Assembly: GCA_965224085.1 (NCBI GenBank)
Contig: CBDCYI010000005.1
Coordinates: forward strand, 1,568,001 to 1,632,000
Direction of reading: 5' to 3'
DNA from: Candidatus Marinacidobacterales bacterium
GTDB lineage: Bacteria; Acidobacteriota; Vicinamibacteria; Marinacidobacterales; SMYC01
Length of the DNA stretch: 64,000 nt
The position numbers were made by a program, and so were the translations under genes. Each line of letters opens with the position of its first letter. Position 1 is the stretch's first letter. The notes under the pieces were generated by a model, which was not told where the DNA came from, did no database searches, and saw only the letters and a list, made by a program, of their open reading frames with translations. Positions 12,127 through 22,381 of the stretch are shown piece after piece.

Positions 12127-13398
12127 TCAGGGAGCGACCACGTAAGGAATAGTTTGAGGACCGCGAGGCAGTACACATAAGGTTCCCTCTTCTCCCGCTT
12201 CCGCGAGCGCCGAACGCGCCGCGACGGCGACGTCGTCCATCGGTTCGAAATGCGCCGCACGCAGCGACTCCGGAGGCAGAAAGCCTGTCTTGATCCGAAC
12301 ACGGGCGCGCTTTTGGATCATCGACTGGACCTGGATTTGCCATTGGTCAGCCGCGGCGAAGTCCGGTTCATGCACCATCTGGAGAAGCTCCTCAGGCGAA
12401 GAGCGCCGGCGCAAAAGCTCGGCATAGGGACCGTGCTCCGGGAGACCATCGCGGCATTCGGAAGCGCAGAGAATAACGCCTCCCTCTTTGACGACTTTCG
12501 CGGCCGCCGACAGCCCCTTGATCGTCTGATAGAGATTCTGATCGAGAGGAAACCCCGAATTGGTCGTGACAACGACGTCGAAGGGGGCCTTCACTTCGCG
12601 CATCGCTTCACGCTTGGATGCAGTGCAGGCCTCGCGATGCTCGGCGAAGAGCTCCCCGGCAAAGGCAGCCGTAATTTGCTTGTCACCGTTCAGCGTCACA
12701 TCGAACGCGAAGTGGACGCCGGTCATCCGGGCGATGTCGCGCACATCGTCGTGGATGGGGTTGCCCTCGGTCACACCCCATGTCGCCTGGGGGTGGCCCA
12801 CGTGATGGGCATCGTGGAGCACCATTGTCGTCTCGAGCCCTGCGAGCCCGGGCGCAACCATTTTGGGTCCGCCGCTGAAGCCGGCAAAAAAATGAGGCTC
12901 GACGAAACCCGTCGTGATGCGGACATCCGCGTCGAGCCATTCGCGGTTGAGCCAAACGGGGACACCTCGAGAGCTCGCCCCAAAACGAGCGAGCATCGCG
13001 GCGTCACGTGCATCGTGGTTAACGATGCGGTATCGATCGATGACCTCGCCCCCGAGCATCGCGCGCAGCTCTTTTTCGGAGTTTCTGCGATGAGTCCCGG
13101 TCGCGATGAGGATCACCACGTCGTCGGGCCGCACCTCGGGTATCGCGTCGAAGAGCGCCCGCAGCATCAGCTCGCGGGGTTGGGGCCTCGTGCCATCGCA
13201 TACAGAAATCGCGACGCGGCGGCCGGGCCTAACGACCGTGTCGAGCGTCGCCGCACCAATGGGGTTTTCGAGAGCGCGCCGGAGCGTGGCGGCCGCGTCG
13301 GACACGCCGGGTGGGTAGTTCGGCTCGATGACCGTTATGCGCTCATCGGGCAGATCCACTTCGAGCCCGTCCGTTCCGTAATCGAGCACGACCTTCAT
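12127..13398 (-). CDS. larA: Nickel-pincer-dependent lactate racemase family protein
   Basis: DGTRP, ATGTHR, NHD, EPHFFAGFSGGPK, PLDQNLYQTIKG. Confidence 0.88.
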   Translation of the reverse strand: MKVVLDYGTDGLEVDLPDERITVIEPNYPPGVSDAAATLRRALENPIGAATLDTVVRPGRRVAISVCDGTRPQPRELMLRALFDAIPEVRPDDVVILIATGTHRRNSEKELRAMLGGEVIDRYRIVNHDARDAAMLARFGASSRGVPVWLNREWLDADVRITTGFVEPHFFAGFSGGPKMVAPGLAGLETTMVLHDAHHVGHPQATWGVTEGNPIHDDVRDIARMTGVHFAFDVTLNGDKQITAAFAGELFAEHREACTASKREAMREVKAPFDVVVTTNSGFPLDQNLYQTIKGLSAAAKVVKEGGVILCASECRDGLPEHGPYAELLRRRSSPEELLQMVHEPDFAAADQWQIQVQSMIQKRARVRIKTGFLPPESLRAAHFEPMDDVAVAARSALAEAGEEGTLCVLPRGPQTIPYVVAP

Positions 13399-13453
13399 TG
13401 GCTACGCCCGATCGTACCGGGATCGCGCCGAGCGATCAATCGCATAGAGGGCA

Positions 13454-14446
13454 CTAGAGCTCGACGATCGTGCCCAACCCTTTCTTTCTCGCTTCCACGA
13501 GCACACGGGCGGCGACCGAGACGTCTTGAACAGCGTTGCCGACCGATTTGAAGAGCGTGATTTGCTCGTCGCTTGTTCGCCCTTCTCGCGTCCCCTCGAC
13601 GATCTCGCCGAGCTCGGCATGGACGCTATCCTCCGAGAGGCGTCCTTCTTTTTTGGGGATGATGAGATCGCCCGACTCCGCCCAGACGGCCTCTCTCGAA
13701 TCGACGACGAGAAGCGCGCTCCCGACCGTCTCGGCTGGGAGCTCCTGCATTTGAGGCGTGAACGAGCCAATCGCGTTCACGTGGGCGCCGGGCTTCAAAT
13801 CGCTATGCGCGAAAACGGGCGTTTTCGATGTCGTGGCTGTACACACGATGTCGGCATCGCGCACCGCTTTGGCGGCAGAGTCCATCACTTCGATCTTCGC
13901 GGGGACGGGTGCTCCAAAGCGCGCCATCTCGTCGCGAAAGGACAGAGCGGAGGCCTCGAAGCGATCGTACACGAAAACGTCATCGATGGACCGCACCGCG
14001 CAGCAAGCTCGAAGCTGCGTTCTTCCCTGCGCCCCCGTCCCGAGCACGGCCACCGACGTCGCGTCCGTGCGTGCCAAAAGATCGGTGGCGGCTCCCGAAG
14101 CCGCGCCCGTGCGGAGCGCGGTGAGATAGGTCCCGTCGAGAATCGCCGTGGGAAGGCCGGTGTCGGCGTCCACGAGCGTGACCATTGCGTTGATGGTCGG
14201 AAGCCCCTGCTCGATATTGCCCGAGAAGACCGAGACCATCTTCATGCCGAGCTCATCCGTCTGCTCCAGATAGGCAGGCATGAAGAGAGTCACGCCGTCG
14301 TGAAGCGGGACTCCGAGCTGCGTTCGAATGGGGACGCGGGCGCGTCCTTTGGAGAGTTGCGCGAAGGCGGCTTTGACCGTTTCGATGGCCTGATCCATCG
14401 AAACGGCTTCGCGGACTTCGTCTTTGGAAATGACGTGAAGCTTCAT
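13454..14446 (-). CDS. Ornithine cyclodeaminase/mu-crystallin family protein
   Basis: LFMPAY, LTALRTGAASG, GTGAQG, HVNAIGS, FKSVGNAVQD. Confidence 0.9.
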   Translation of the reverse strand: MKLHVISKDEVREAVSMDQAIETVKAAFAQLSKGRARVPIRTQLGVPLHDGVTLFMPAYLEQTDELGMKMVSVFSGNIEQGLPTINAMVTLVDADTGLPTAILDGTYLTALRTGAASGAATDLLARTDATSVAVLGTGAQGRTQLRACCAVRSIDDVFVYDRFEASALSFRDEMARFGAPVPAKIEVMDSAAKAVRDADIVCTATTSKTPVFAHSDLKPGAHVNAIGSFTPQMQELPAETVGSALLVVDSREAVWAESGDLIIPKKEGRLSEDSVHAELGEIVEGTREGRTSDEQITLFKSVGNAVQDVSVAARVLVEARKKGLGTIVEL

Positions 14447-14504
14447 GCCGCAGCATCCTAAAGCGTTGGGCTCGCCCGAGCAAGTTGTGATAGAAAAGAC
14501 AGCC

Positions 14505-15404
14505 ATGATGAAACTAGAAGGTGTGTACACCGTTTTACCGACGCCTCTCGACGAGGACGGCCAATTCGATTCCGAGAGTCTCGGCCGTGCCATCGATCTC
14601 TTCATCGAGGACGGCGTCTCGGGGTTCACCGCGCTCGGCGTTACGAGCGAGGTGGCGCGCATCTCGGACCGGGAGCGTCAGACGATCCTCGAAGCCTCGA
14701 TGGAGCACGTGAAGGGACGCGTTCCGGTGATCGTCGGCGCTACCGGTCCCGGCCTCGATACGTGCCTCGATTTTTGCCGCGCCGCGCAAGAAGCTGGCGC
14801 CGCGGGCGTCATGGTTAGCCCGCCACGGATGGAGAAGCTCAACTCCGACTACATCCGCCGCCACTTCAGCGCCATCGCCGAAAAGTTCCACAGCGCAATC
14901 GTCATCCAGGACTTCCCGCCGATCTCCGGCTACCACATGGAGGCCTCGCTCCTCGTGGAAATTTGCCGCGAGATTCCATCGGCACGAACGATCAAGCTCG
15001 AAGACGCGCCGACACCTTACAAGACGGCGCGAATCCGCGAGCTAGAGGACGGGATCGGGATCGATATCAACATCTTCGGTGGTCTCGGGGGCAGCTACCT
15101 CATCGAAGAGCTCGTTGCTGGGGCCAATGGCGCGATGACTGGCTTCGCCTATCCGAAGCTTCTCGTGGAGATCGTCTCCAAGTGGAACGCGGGGAAGAAA
15201 GACGAAGCGGCCGATTTCTTCTACCGTCACTGCCCGTTGATGCGCTTCGAGTTCCAGCCCGGAATCGGTATGGCGATCCGCAAAGAGATGCTGAAGCGGC
15301 GCGGCGCCTTGCGCCATGCCGGCATCCGCGCACCGGGGGCGCTGCTCGACGATCCGACGCGCGAGGCGCTCGAGCGCGTCCTGAAGTGGCTCGGGATGGA
15401 GTGA
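14505..15404 (+). CDS. Dihydrodipicolinate synthase family (class I aldolase/deaminase)
   Basis: PTP, GVTSE, GRVPVIVG, Schiff-base IKLED, GAMTGF. Confidence 0.85.
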   Translation: MMKLEGVYTVLPTPLDEDGQFDSESLGRAIDLFIEDGVSGFTALGVTSEVARISDRERQTILEASMEHVKGRVPVIVGATGPGLDTCLDFCRAAQEAGAAGVMVSPPRMEKLNSDYIRRHFSAIAEKFHSAIVIQDFPPISGYHMEASLLVEICREIPSARTIKLEDAPTPYKTARIRELEDGIGIDINIFGGLGGSYLIEELVAGANGAMTGFAYPKLLVEIVSKWNAGKKDEAADFFYRHCPLMRFEFQPGIGMAIRKEMLKRRGALRHAGIRAPGALLDDPTREALERVLKWLGME

Positions 15405-15409
15405 CGATC

Positions 15410-16303
15410 ATGAGCTTTGTCGACAAATTGATAGCCGTCTCGCTTCCGATCGTCCCCAAGCCGATCGTGCGCGTCGTCGCGGGGCCCTATGTTGCGGGCG
15501 AGACTCTGGACGATCAGATCCGCGTCATCGAGCAGCTGAACGGCGAAGGCCTCATGGTCGCTTCGGGCATTCTCGGCGAGTTCGTGACGCGCCGCGAGGA
15601 GTCCGAGGAGGCGGTCCGCGATTACAAAAACGCCCTCGACGCAATCGACGCGCGGAAGCTCGATAGCAATATCCACGTCAAGCCGACCCATCTCGGCCTG
15701 AAGCTCGACAAGGATTTCTGCTATGACAACGTCTGCGCCATCCTCGAGCACGCGAAGAGCAAGGGTAATTTCGTACGCATGGACATGGAGGACTCCCCCA
15801 CCATCGACGACACGCTCGATCTCTATTTTCGCGTTCGGCAGGACTTCGATAATTTCGGCTGCGTCATCCAAGCACGCATGCGGCGAAGCCTCGAAGACGT
15901 GCGCCGTCTCGCAAAAGCGCGCGCTAATGTGCGCCTGTGCAAAGGCGTCTATCTCGAGCCTCGCCAGCTCGCTTATACCGACCGCCGTATCGTCCAGGAC
16001 AATTACGCCATGCTCCTCGAAGAGCTCCTGAGCGCGGGCTGCTATGTCGGCGTCGCGACCCACGACGAAGTCCTCATCTGGGAGGCCTATCGCATCATCG
16101 ACAAGCTCGGGCTCGAGCAGCACCAATACGAGTTTCAGATGCTCCACGGTGTCGAGCGAGAGCTGCGCCGCATCGTGCGCGACGCGGGACATCGGCTGCG
16201 GGTCGCGGTACCCTATGGCCCGAGCTGGTATCCCTATTCCATACGCCGGCTGCGGAAAAACCCGGCCATTGCCGGCTATGTGTTGAAAGCAATGTTCAAA
16301 TAA
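15410..16303 (+). CDS. Monofunctional proline dehydrogenase
   Basis: YVAGET, RMDMED, VRLCKGVY, VATHD, EFQMLHG, YSIRRLRKNP. Confidence 0.9.
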   Translation: MSFVDKLIAVSLPIVPKPIVRVVAGPYVAGETLDDQIRVIEQLNGEGLMVASGILGEFVTRREESEEAVRDYKNALDAIDARKLDSNIHVKPTHLGLKLDKDFCYDNVCAILEHAKSKGNFVRMDMEDSPTIDDTLDLYFRVRQDFDNFGCVIQARMRRSLEDVRRLAKARANVRLCKGVYLEPRQLAYTDRRIVQDNYAMLLEELLSAGCYVGVATHDEVLIWEAYRIIDKLGLEQHQYEFQMLHGVERELRRIVRDAGHRLRVAVPYGPSWYPYSIRRLRKNPAIAGYVLKAMFK

Positions 16304-16321
16304 CGCTCACGGAGGTAGTCC

Positions 16322-16575
16322 ATGGTGAAGCTCGAATCCCGTCACGGCGGTTTTCGCCGCGGAACGGACATCTTTAAGGCGCTCGCGCTCGGCGCCAACG
16401 CGATCGCCATTGGAAGGCTTATCTCTGGGGTCTCGGCGCGTTCGGCCAGCCGGGTGTCGAGACGGTCCTCGACATTCTCCGCGCCGGGCTCGAGATGGTC
16501 ATGCGCCAGGCCGGAACGACCTCCATCGACAAGATCACAAAAGACTACGTCGTGGATACGCGGCCATACGTCTAG
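16322..16575 (+). pseudogene. C-terminal remnant of an FMN-dependent alpha-hydroxy acid oxidase/dehydrogenase
   Basis: GGFRRGTDIFKALALGA..IGR, frameshift near 16418, then YLWGLGAFGQPGVETVLDILR...QAGTTSI; most of the gene is absent. Confidence 0.8.
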
Positions 16576-16597
16576 CGCTGGTCGTAAAAGGTGAAGC

Positions 16598-18088
16598 ATG
16601 AGCAGCACGTCAGCCTCGTCAGCCTCAATAGGCCCATCCGGTAAAGAGGAGTTCACATCACGTTGGGGCATCCTGATGACCGCCATCGGCATGGCCGTGG
16701 GGACGGGAAACATTTGGCGCTTCCCGCGCGTAGCGGCCGAGAACGGAGGCGCCGCTTTTCTGATCCCGTGGGTCATCTTTCTCTTCGCATGGGCGATCCC
16801 GCTCCTGCTCGCGGAATTCGCGCTCGGCAAGACCACGCGCCGCGGCCCAGCGGGCGCCGTGGGAAGCCTCGTCGGTAAACGCTATAACTGGCTCGGCGTG
16901 TTCGTCGGCCTCGTTACCTGCTTCATTACCTTCTATTACTCTGTGGTCACGGGGTGGTGCTTGAAATATTTCTTCGCTTCGTTCGGCACGGTGTTCTCCT
17001 CGGAGGTGACGACCGAGAGCTATTGGACGGCTTTTACGACCCACCCCATTCAACCCGTCGCTTTCCACGCCGCGGCACTCGTCATCGGCTGCCTCATTAT
17101 TTATAGAGGCGTCGTGAAGGGGATTGAGCGGACCAACCGCGTGCTCATCCCGCTCTTGTTTCTGCTGCTCATCATTGCCGCGATCCGTGCCATTACGCTG
17201 CCGGGTGCTACGACGGGACTGTCTTACCTCTTTTCGCCCAATTGGTCGGACCTCGGAAATTACCAAGTCTGGCTCGCGGCGCTCACCCAGGCGGCTTGGA
17301 GCACGGGCGCTGGCTGGGGTCTCGTTACGACCTATGGCGTCTATCTCCGAAAGAAAGACACTTTCACGCTCACCACCTTCACGACTGCTTTCGGCGACTG
17401 TTCTGCATCGTTGCTCGCCGGCATCGCCGTCATCTGCACGGTCTTTGCCATCCTCCCCGAAGCGCAGGCGCGGACCGCTCTCGGCGCCGGTAACGAAGGT
17501 CTGACATTCATCTGGATGCCCCAGCTTTTCGCAGATATGCCCGGTGGCAAACTGTTCCTCCCTATCTTCTTTCTTGCGCTGAGCTCGGCCGCGATCTCGT
17601 CGCTCATCGCGATGCTCGAGATGGCGTCCCGCATGATCATGGATTTGGGGCTAACCCGTTCGAAGGCCGTGCCCATCGTGGGCACACTCTCCTTCGTGCT
17701 CGGGCTTCCTTCGGCCTGGTATATGGGTTTCTTGAAAAATCAAGACTGGGTGTGGGGCATCGGCTTGATGGTGTCGGGTCTGTTTATCTCGCTCGCCGTC
17801 ATCAAATACGGAGCGGCGCGGTTTCGCGACGAGCTCATCAACACGAAGGAGGAAAAGCGCCCCATCGGCATGTGGTTCGTTTGGGTGATCTCGATCCTGG
17901 TACCGATCGAGTTTCTCGCCATGGTCACGTGGTGGTTCTACCAGTCCGCAACGCAATTCGATCCAGAAGGCTGGTGGAAGCTCCGGAGCGAGATAAGCGT
18001 CGGTACGGCGGTGATACAGATTGTGCTCCTCGTGGTCGTTCTCTTCCTGACCAACACATATTGGGTGAAGAGACTCGAGAAGGACTGA
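16598..18088 (+). CDS. Sodium-dependent transporter (NSS/SNF family)
   Basis: AVGTGNIWRFP, GGAAFLIP, multiple TM helices. Confidence 0.93.
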   Translation: MSSTSASSASIGPSGKEEFTSRWGILMTAIGMAVGTGNIWRFPRVAAENGGAAFLIPWVIFLFAWAIPLLLAEFALGKTTRRGPAGAVGSLVGKRYNWLGVFVGLVTCFITFYYSVVTGWCLKYFFASFGTVFSSEVTTESYWTAFTTHPIQPVAFHAAALVIGCLIIYRGVVKGIERTNRVLIPLLFLLLIIAAIRAITLPGATTGLSYLFSPNWSDLGNYQVWLAALTQAAWSTGAGWGLVTTYGVYLRKKDTFTLTTFTTAFGDCSASLLAGIAVICTVFAILPEAQARTALGAGNEGLTFIWMPQLFADMPGGKLFLPIFFLALSSAAISSLIAMLEMASRMIMDLGLTRSKAVPIVGTLSFVLGLPSAWYMGFLKNQDWVWGIGLMVSGLFISLAVIKYGAARFRDELINTKEEKRPIGMWFVWVISILVPIEFLAMVTWWFYQSATQFDPEGWWKLRSEISVGTAVIQIVLLVVVLFLTNTYWVKRLEKD

Positions 18089-19350
18089 TGCCGCTCGCCT
18101 TGACGGACAGGGATGAAGCGCTCCTCGGGGGCAAGCTCGGCCCTGCGCCCAAGATGGCGATGTCGATCCTGACGCGGATGGCGCGCGTCTACGGCGCCCT
18201 CGAGATGATGGACATCACCGCAGCCCATATCGACAGCACGATCTATGTCGGCGATGCCGGGCTCGAGTTCGCCGAGCGCCTCGCCGAAGCCGGCGGCAAG
18301 GTCGCCGTCCCGTCGACGCTCAACGTGAGCGGTCTCGACGAAGAGCATTGGCGCGAGTGGAACGTCCCCTCGGATTGGGCCGAGAAAGCCCGTCGCCACA
18401 TGGTCGCCTATCAAAAGATGGGCACGATCCCCACTTGGACGTGCGCCCCCTACCAGACGGAGCACGCCCCAAAGCTCGGACAACAAATTGCGTGGGGCGA
18501 GTCGAACGCCATCGTCTACGCGAACTCGGTTCTCGGCGCCCGCACGGCACGCTATCCCGACTTTGTCGACATTTGCGCTGCCATCACTGCGCGCGTCCCC
18601 GCGATGGGCCTGCATCTCGACGAGAACCGCGTGGGACAGATCGTCCTCGATCTCCAGGCGGTCCCCGAATCGATCGCGATGCGCGACGACTTCTACCCCG
18701 TTATCGGAACGCTCATGGGAAGCCGCGCCGAAGAGCGGGTTCCAGTGCTCGTGAACATCGCGGCACACCCAACAGGCGATCAGCTGAAAGCGCTCGGCGC
18801 CGCAGCCGCCTCGGCGGGCGGCGTCGGCCTCTATCACTGGGTCGGCGTGACCCCGGAAGCGCCTACGCTCGACAAAGCCCTCGCCCATCGAGCTCCAGAA
18901 GCACGGTTCGACATCTCGGTGGAAGAGCTTCGCGCCACCCATCGCGTGCTGACGACGACGAGCGCCACGAAGCTCGACCTCGTCGTTCTCGGGAGCCCTC
19001 ACTTCTCGCTCGAAGAGTTCCGCCAGCTAGCACCCCTTCTCGACGGCAAGACCCGAAGCGCACATTTAGAGTTTCTCGTGACGACGAGCCGCATCATGAG
19101 CGAGCTCGCCCGAGCGGCAGGCTGCCTCGAGCCGCTGGCACGGTTCGGTGGGAAGTTGACCGTGGATACATGCATCCTCGCGACGCCGATGCTTCCCCGA
19201 ACGGTCAAAACACTGATGACGAACTCCGGCAAATACGCGTTCTACTCGCCCGGCCTCCTCGACGTCGAAGTGGTCTATGGCAGCCTCGAAGACTGCGTCG
19301 ATTCCGCGGTCGCAGGGCGCGTCGTGCGCCATCCCTCGCCGTGGGATTGA
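18088..19350 (+). CDS. Aconitase X catalytic (large) subunit, DUF521-like
   Basis: AHID, TCAPY, AWGESNAIVYANSVLGART, GVTPEA, GSPHFS, DTC, TNSGKYA; start overlaps the transporter stop (TGATG). Confidence 0.88.
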   Translation: MPLALTDRDEALLGGKLGPAPKMAMSILTRMARVYGALEMMDITAAHIDSTIYVGDAGLEFAERLAEAGGKVAVPSTLNVSGLDEEHWREWNVPSDWAEKARRHMVAYQKMGTIPTWTCAPYQTEHAPKLGQQIAWGESNAIVYANSVLGARTARYPDFVDICAAITARVPAMGLHLDENRVGQIVLDLQAVPESIAMRDDFYPVIGTLMGSRAEERVPVLVNIAAHPTGDQLKALGAAAASAGGVGLYHWVGVTPEAPTLDKALAHRAPEARFDISVEELRATHRVLTTTSATKLDLVVLGSPHFSLEEFRQLAPLLDGKTRSAHLEFLVTTSRIMSELARAAGCLEPLARFGGKLTVDTCILATPMLPRTVKTLMTNSGKYAFYSPGLLDVEVVYGSLEDCVDSAVAGRVVRHPSPWD

Positions 19351-19789
19351 CCTTTCCTTCTGCGCGAGGCTATCGTCGCGATTCTCTGGGTCCGGACGGC
19401 GGACGTGAGAAGGACGACCAACGTGAAGAAGCCATCACTTGCGTTTGCGACGGCTTGGCACAAAACGGCCTGTCAGGAAAAACGTTCCGCGACTTCGGCA
19501 GTGTCTGCCAGTGAGCTAAGGACTCGCTGGGTGGCGACGGCGAGCGATTGAGGGGCGCTTGCCGTCAGTGGCCCAGGGGTAGCTGTGTTCGAGCGCGATG
19601 CGCCGCTGGGGGCGGATCCGGAGCGAGAGGTCTTGCGGGCTTTGGCCGGGCTCCTCCCAGCGGAGTTGAGTGCGTTAGTCAGAATGATGGCTGCCTCCGG
19701 CCTGTCCCCGCGCCAGAGCCACGCTACGGAGAGGAATCTCTGGCGCGTGCGGCGTGTTAGTGAAGTCGTCGGCTGGTATAACTACTAGC

Positions 19790-20644
19790 TTAGAAACGAA
19801 GCCAAGCGGCCACGGGGTAGTGGTCGGACGGGAACCGGCCGTCCCAGTCGTCGCGGAGAATCCCCGCGTCGACAACGTCGAAGCCGAGCGTCACAAGAAT
19901 GTAGTCGAGCTTCCGCCCGCCGGTTCTTCCGTCGAACGCGTTGAACGTGCCCGCGTCGTTGCGTGTCGGATGTATGATGCGGAACGTGTCCTGCATCGAC
20001 TTCAGATATTGGATCGGCGGAGAATTCTCTCCTGCATTCAGATCGCCGGTCAGGATGACGGGGTCGCGATGCTCGCGCCCGTTGATCCGCTCTTGCACGA
20101 GCTTTGCCCCTTCCAGGCGGGCCGCCGGGCTCATGTGATCGAAATGCGAGTTGAACTGGTAGAACTTTCGGCCGTTATCGGCTCGGAAGCGCGCCCACGT
20201 GCAGACCCGCGGGAACTTGCTCTCCCAACTAAGGCTTCCGGGCTCCTCCGGACGTTTGCTCAGCCAAAAGTAGCCGGAATCCAGAAGGGTAAGGCGAGCC
20301 TTGTCGTAGAGAATCCAGGACTCCTCGGCATGGCCGGTCGTTTGCCCGGCCGGAGGACCGATCGCTTCATACCCCGGAAAGGCTTCGAGAATGTCTTCAC
20401 GCTGGAAGTCGAGAAGCTCTTGCATTCCCACGGCATCGGGCCGGTAGCGGCGGAACACGTTCAGTGCCAGCTTTCGTCGATTTTCCCAATTGTTCTTCCG
20501 GTCAAGCGCCGCTCCGAACCGAATGTTGTACGAGAGGATCGTCAAGTCGGTGGGTTGGTCCTGAAGCGAACCTTTGCAGGACGGAACCAGCAGCGCGGCG
20601 ATGAAGAAGAGACGCGAGGTAGCATCACGCGCCTCTAGTGCCAT
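19790..20644 (-). CDS. Endonuclease/exonuclease/phosphatase family protein, probably exported
   Basis: SYNIR, GMQE, NSHFDH, TGDLN, LDYI, PSDHYPV. Confidence 0.88.
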   Translation of the reverse strand: MALEARDATSRLFFIAALLVPSCKGSLQDQPTDLTILSYNIRFGAALDRKNNWENRRKLALNVFRRYRPDAVGMQELLDFQREDILEAFPGYEAIGPPAGQTTGHAEESWILYDKARLTLLDSGYFWLSKRPEEPGSLSWESKFPRVCTWARFRADNGRKFYQFNSHFDHMSPAARLEGAKLVQERINGREHRDPVILTGDLNAGENSPPIQYLKSMQDTFRIIHPTRNDAGTFNAFDGRTGGRKLDYILVTLGFDVVDAGILRDDWDGRFPSDHYPVAAWLRF

Positions 20645-20727
20645 GCCGCGGGAGCATACCATACCCGAGCTCTCGATTAGGCTACGCTGGTAGGAGCGCC
20701 GTCCCGTCGAGGCGCGGTCGAGCACCG

Positions 20728-21547
20728 TCAGGTGGATTGGGGTATCGCGTAGCTCGCGACGACGACCGTCACGTTGTCTTTTCCGCCGTTCGTGAGTGCC
20801 GCCTCGACGAGCGATTGGCAAGCCGGCGTTGCCTCGCGGTGTGTCTTCAAGAGCTCGGTAATCGTTTCGTCGTCCACCATATCGTGAAGACCGTCACTGC
20901 AGAGAAGAATCTGATCGCCGTCGAACAGACGCATGCGATGGATCTCGGCCTCGCCTTTCGACTTCTCGCCTCCGAGAGCGTTCGTGAGGACGTGTCGCAG
21001 ACGGTGGGTCGCGACCGCCTCGGGCTTGATGATGCCAGCATCGGCGAGCATTTGTGCGTGGGTCTGGTCACGCGTCAGCCGACGCAAGACGCTGTCGCGA
21101 TGGAGATAGGCACGGGAGTCGCCGATGTGAACGACGAAGAGATCGTCTCCGACGCTGTAGGCGCCCGTCATCGTCGTCCCCATGCCTCGAAGCTCCGGTT
21201 TCAGCCGAGCTTCTTCTACGAGCTTGGTATTCACTTCACGATAGTAACGACCGGCGCGCTCCATGACTTTTTGAGCATGCTCTTCGTCGAGCCGCAAGAT
21301 CCAATCCGGCACGTGCAAGACGATATTGACGAGTGTTTTGATCGCTAGCCGGCTCGCGACTTCACCTCCGGCGTGGCCCCCCATGCCGTCCGCGACGATC
21401 GCCACGTAGCTCGTATCCTCGAATCGGTCAGGGAGCTCGCCTTTGGGCAGATTGGTCAGCATCGTGTCGATATGCCGGCCCGCGCGAGCGACAAGATAGT
21501 GGTCCTGATTCGCATCCCGCACCTTGCCTTTGTCCGAGAGCGCGCCT
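20728..21547 (-). CDS. PP2C-family Ser/Thr phosphatase; native 5' end appears lost, fused to upstream remnant
   Basis: SDKGKVRDANQD, VADGMGGHAGG, GMGTT, HIGDSRAY, LCSDGL, GGKDNVT; upstream in-frame sequence belongs to a different gene. Confidence 0.8.
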
Positions 21548-22335
21548 CTTGAATCTGACGCCGTATAGAGACGCCTCACGCCGCAGCGCGGTGTGGCCCT
21601 CAGGAACGTCGAGTGCCAAACGAAAACCCTCGCCGACATCACTCGTAAGTCCCTCATCAGTGAAAATCGCGTCGGAGCGACCTTCGAACGACGACGTCAC
21701 GGTTAACGGTCCACCGACATCCGTCGCGGACAGCTTCATCATCGCGCTCGGCTTCTGATAGAAAAACGCCACACTCGAGTACATCGCGTTGGCGCTGTTG
21801 CGGGTGCCGTGCTCGGTCGATACAGAGATCCCGTTCTGAAACGGGATGCCCTCCACAAAGAATCGGTAGACCGTCGTCGCCGCACTCCACTGGAAATCAA
21901 CTTGCGTGAGCGCGGTCGTTTTCGGCTCGCCGTGCATTGGAAGCGAATAAGGATTCATGAGCCACTCGTTGGACCAGCCACCGAGATATTCGTCCTCGTG
22001 ATAAAGTCGTCGACATCCATGTCGATGCGCGGCGACGCCTCGTCGTCGAAATGGAACTTGATGCGCCCCCATCTCAGAGGGCTCCGGCCGTTCATGCGGC
22101 TTGTGAACCAAAGATCGTAGAGCGTTCCCGGGCCCCTTCACATCGAAGATGACGTGCTCGCCGCTTTCGTCGACATAGGCGCCGAGTAGGTGCCGTCGAA
22201 GCCATCATCATTGCCTCCGGTGCGGTCATAGCTCGATACATAGTGCGCTTGAGTGTCGGAGCGGAGTCGCGGGTAATCCGCGAAGTTGGCGATGGAGAGA
22301 ACAGCGAGCAACAAGGCGGCCGGCATCGGCAGCAT
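21548..22335 (-). pseudogene. Fragmented DUF2961 (GH172-like) secreted protein
   Basis: Signal peptide plus SSYDRTGGNDDGF; then EHG...YSSVAFFYQ in another frame; multiple frameshifts and deletions. Confidence 0.7.
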
Positions 22336-22381
22336 CCTATCACTCTGGACAAGACCCCAGAAGGAGTGGAAAGATGCCTCC

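Noticed and set aside
10164-13551. Long antisense ORFs (e.g. 10164..11351, 12250..13551) and many similar ones across the window
   Set aside because: Shadow frames of well-supported genes in GC-rich DNA, with no motifs.
19351-19789. 440-bp intergenic region after aconitase X
   Set aside because: No convincing ORF, repeat or structure recognised; probably degraded DNA.
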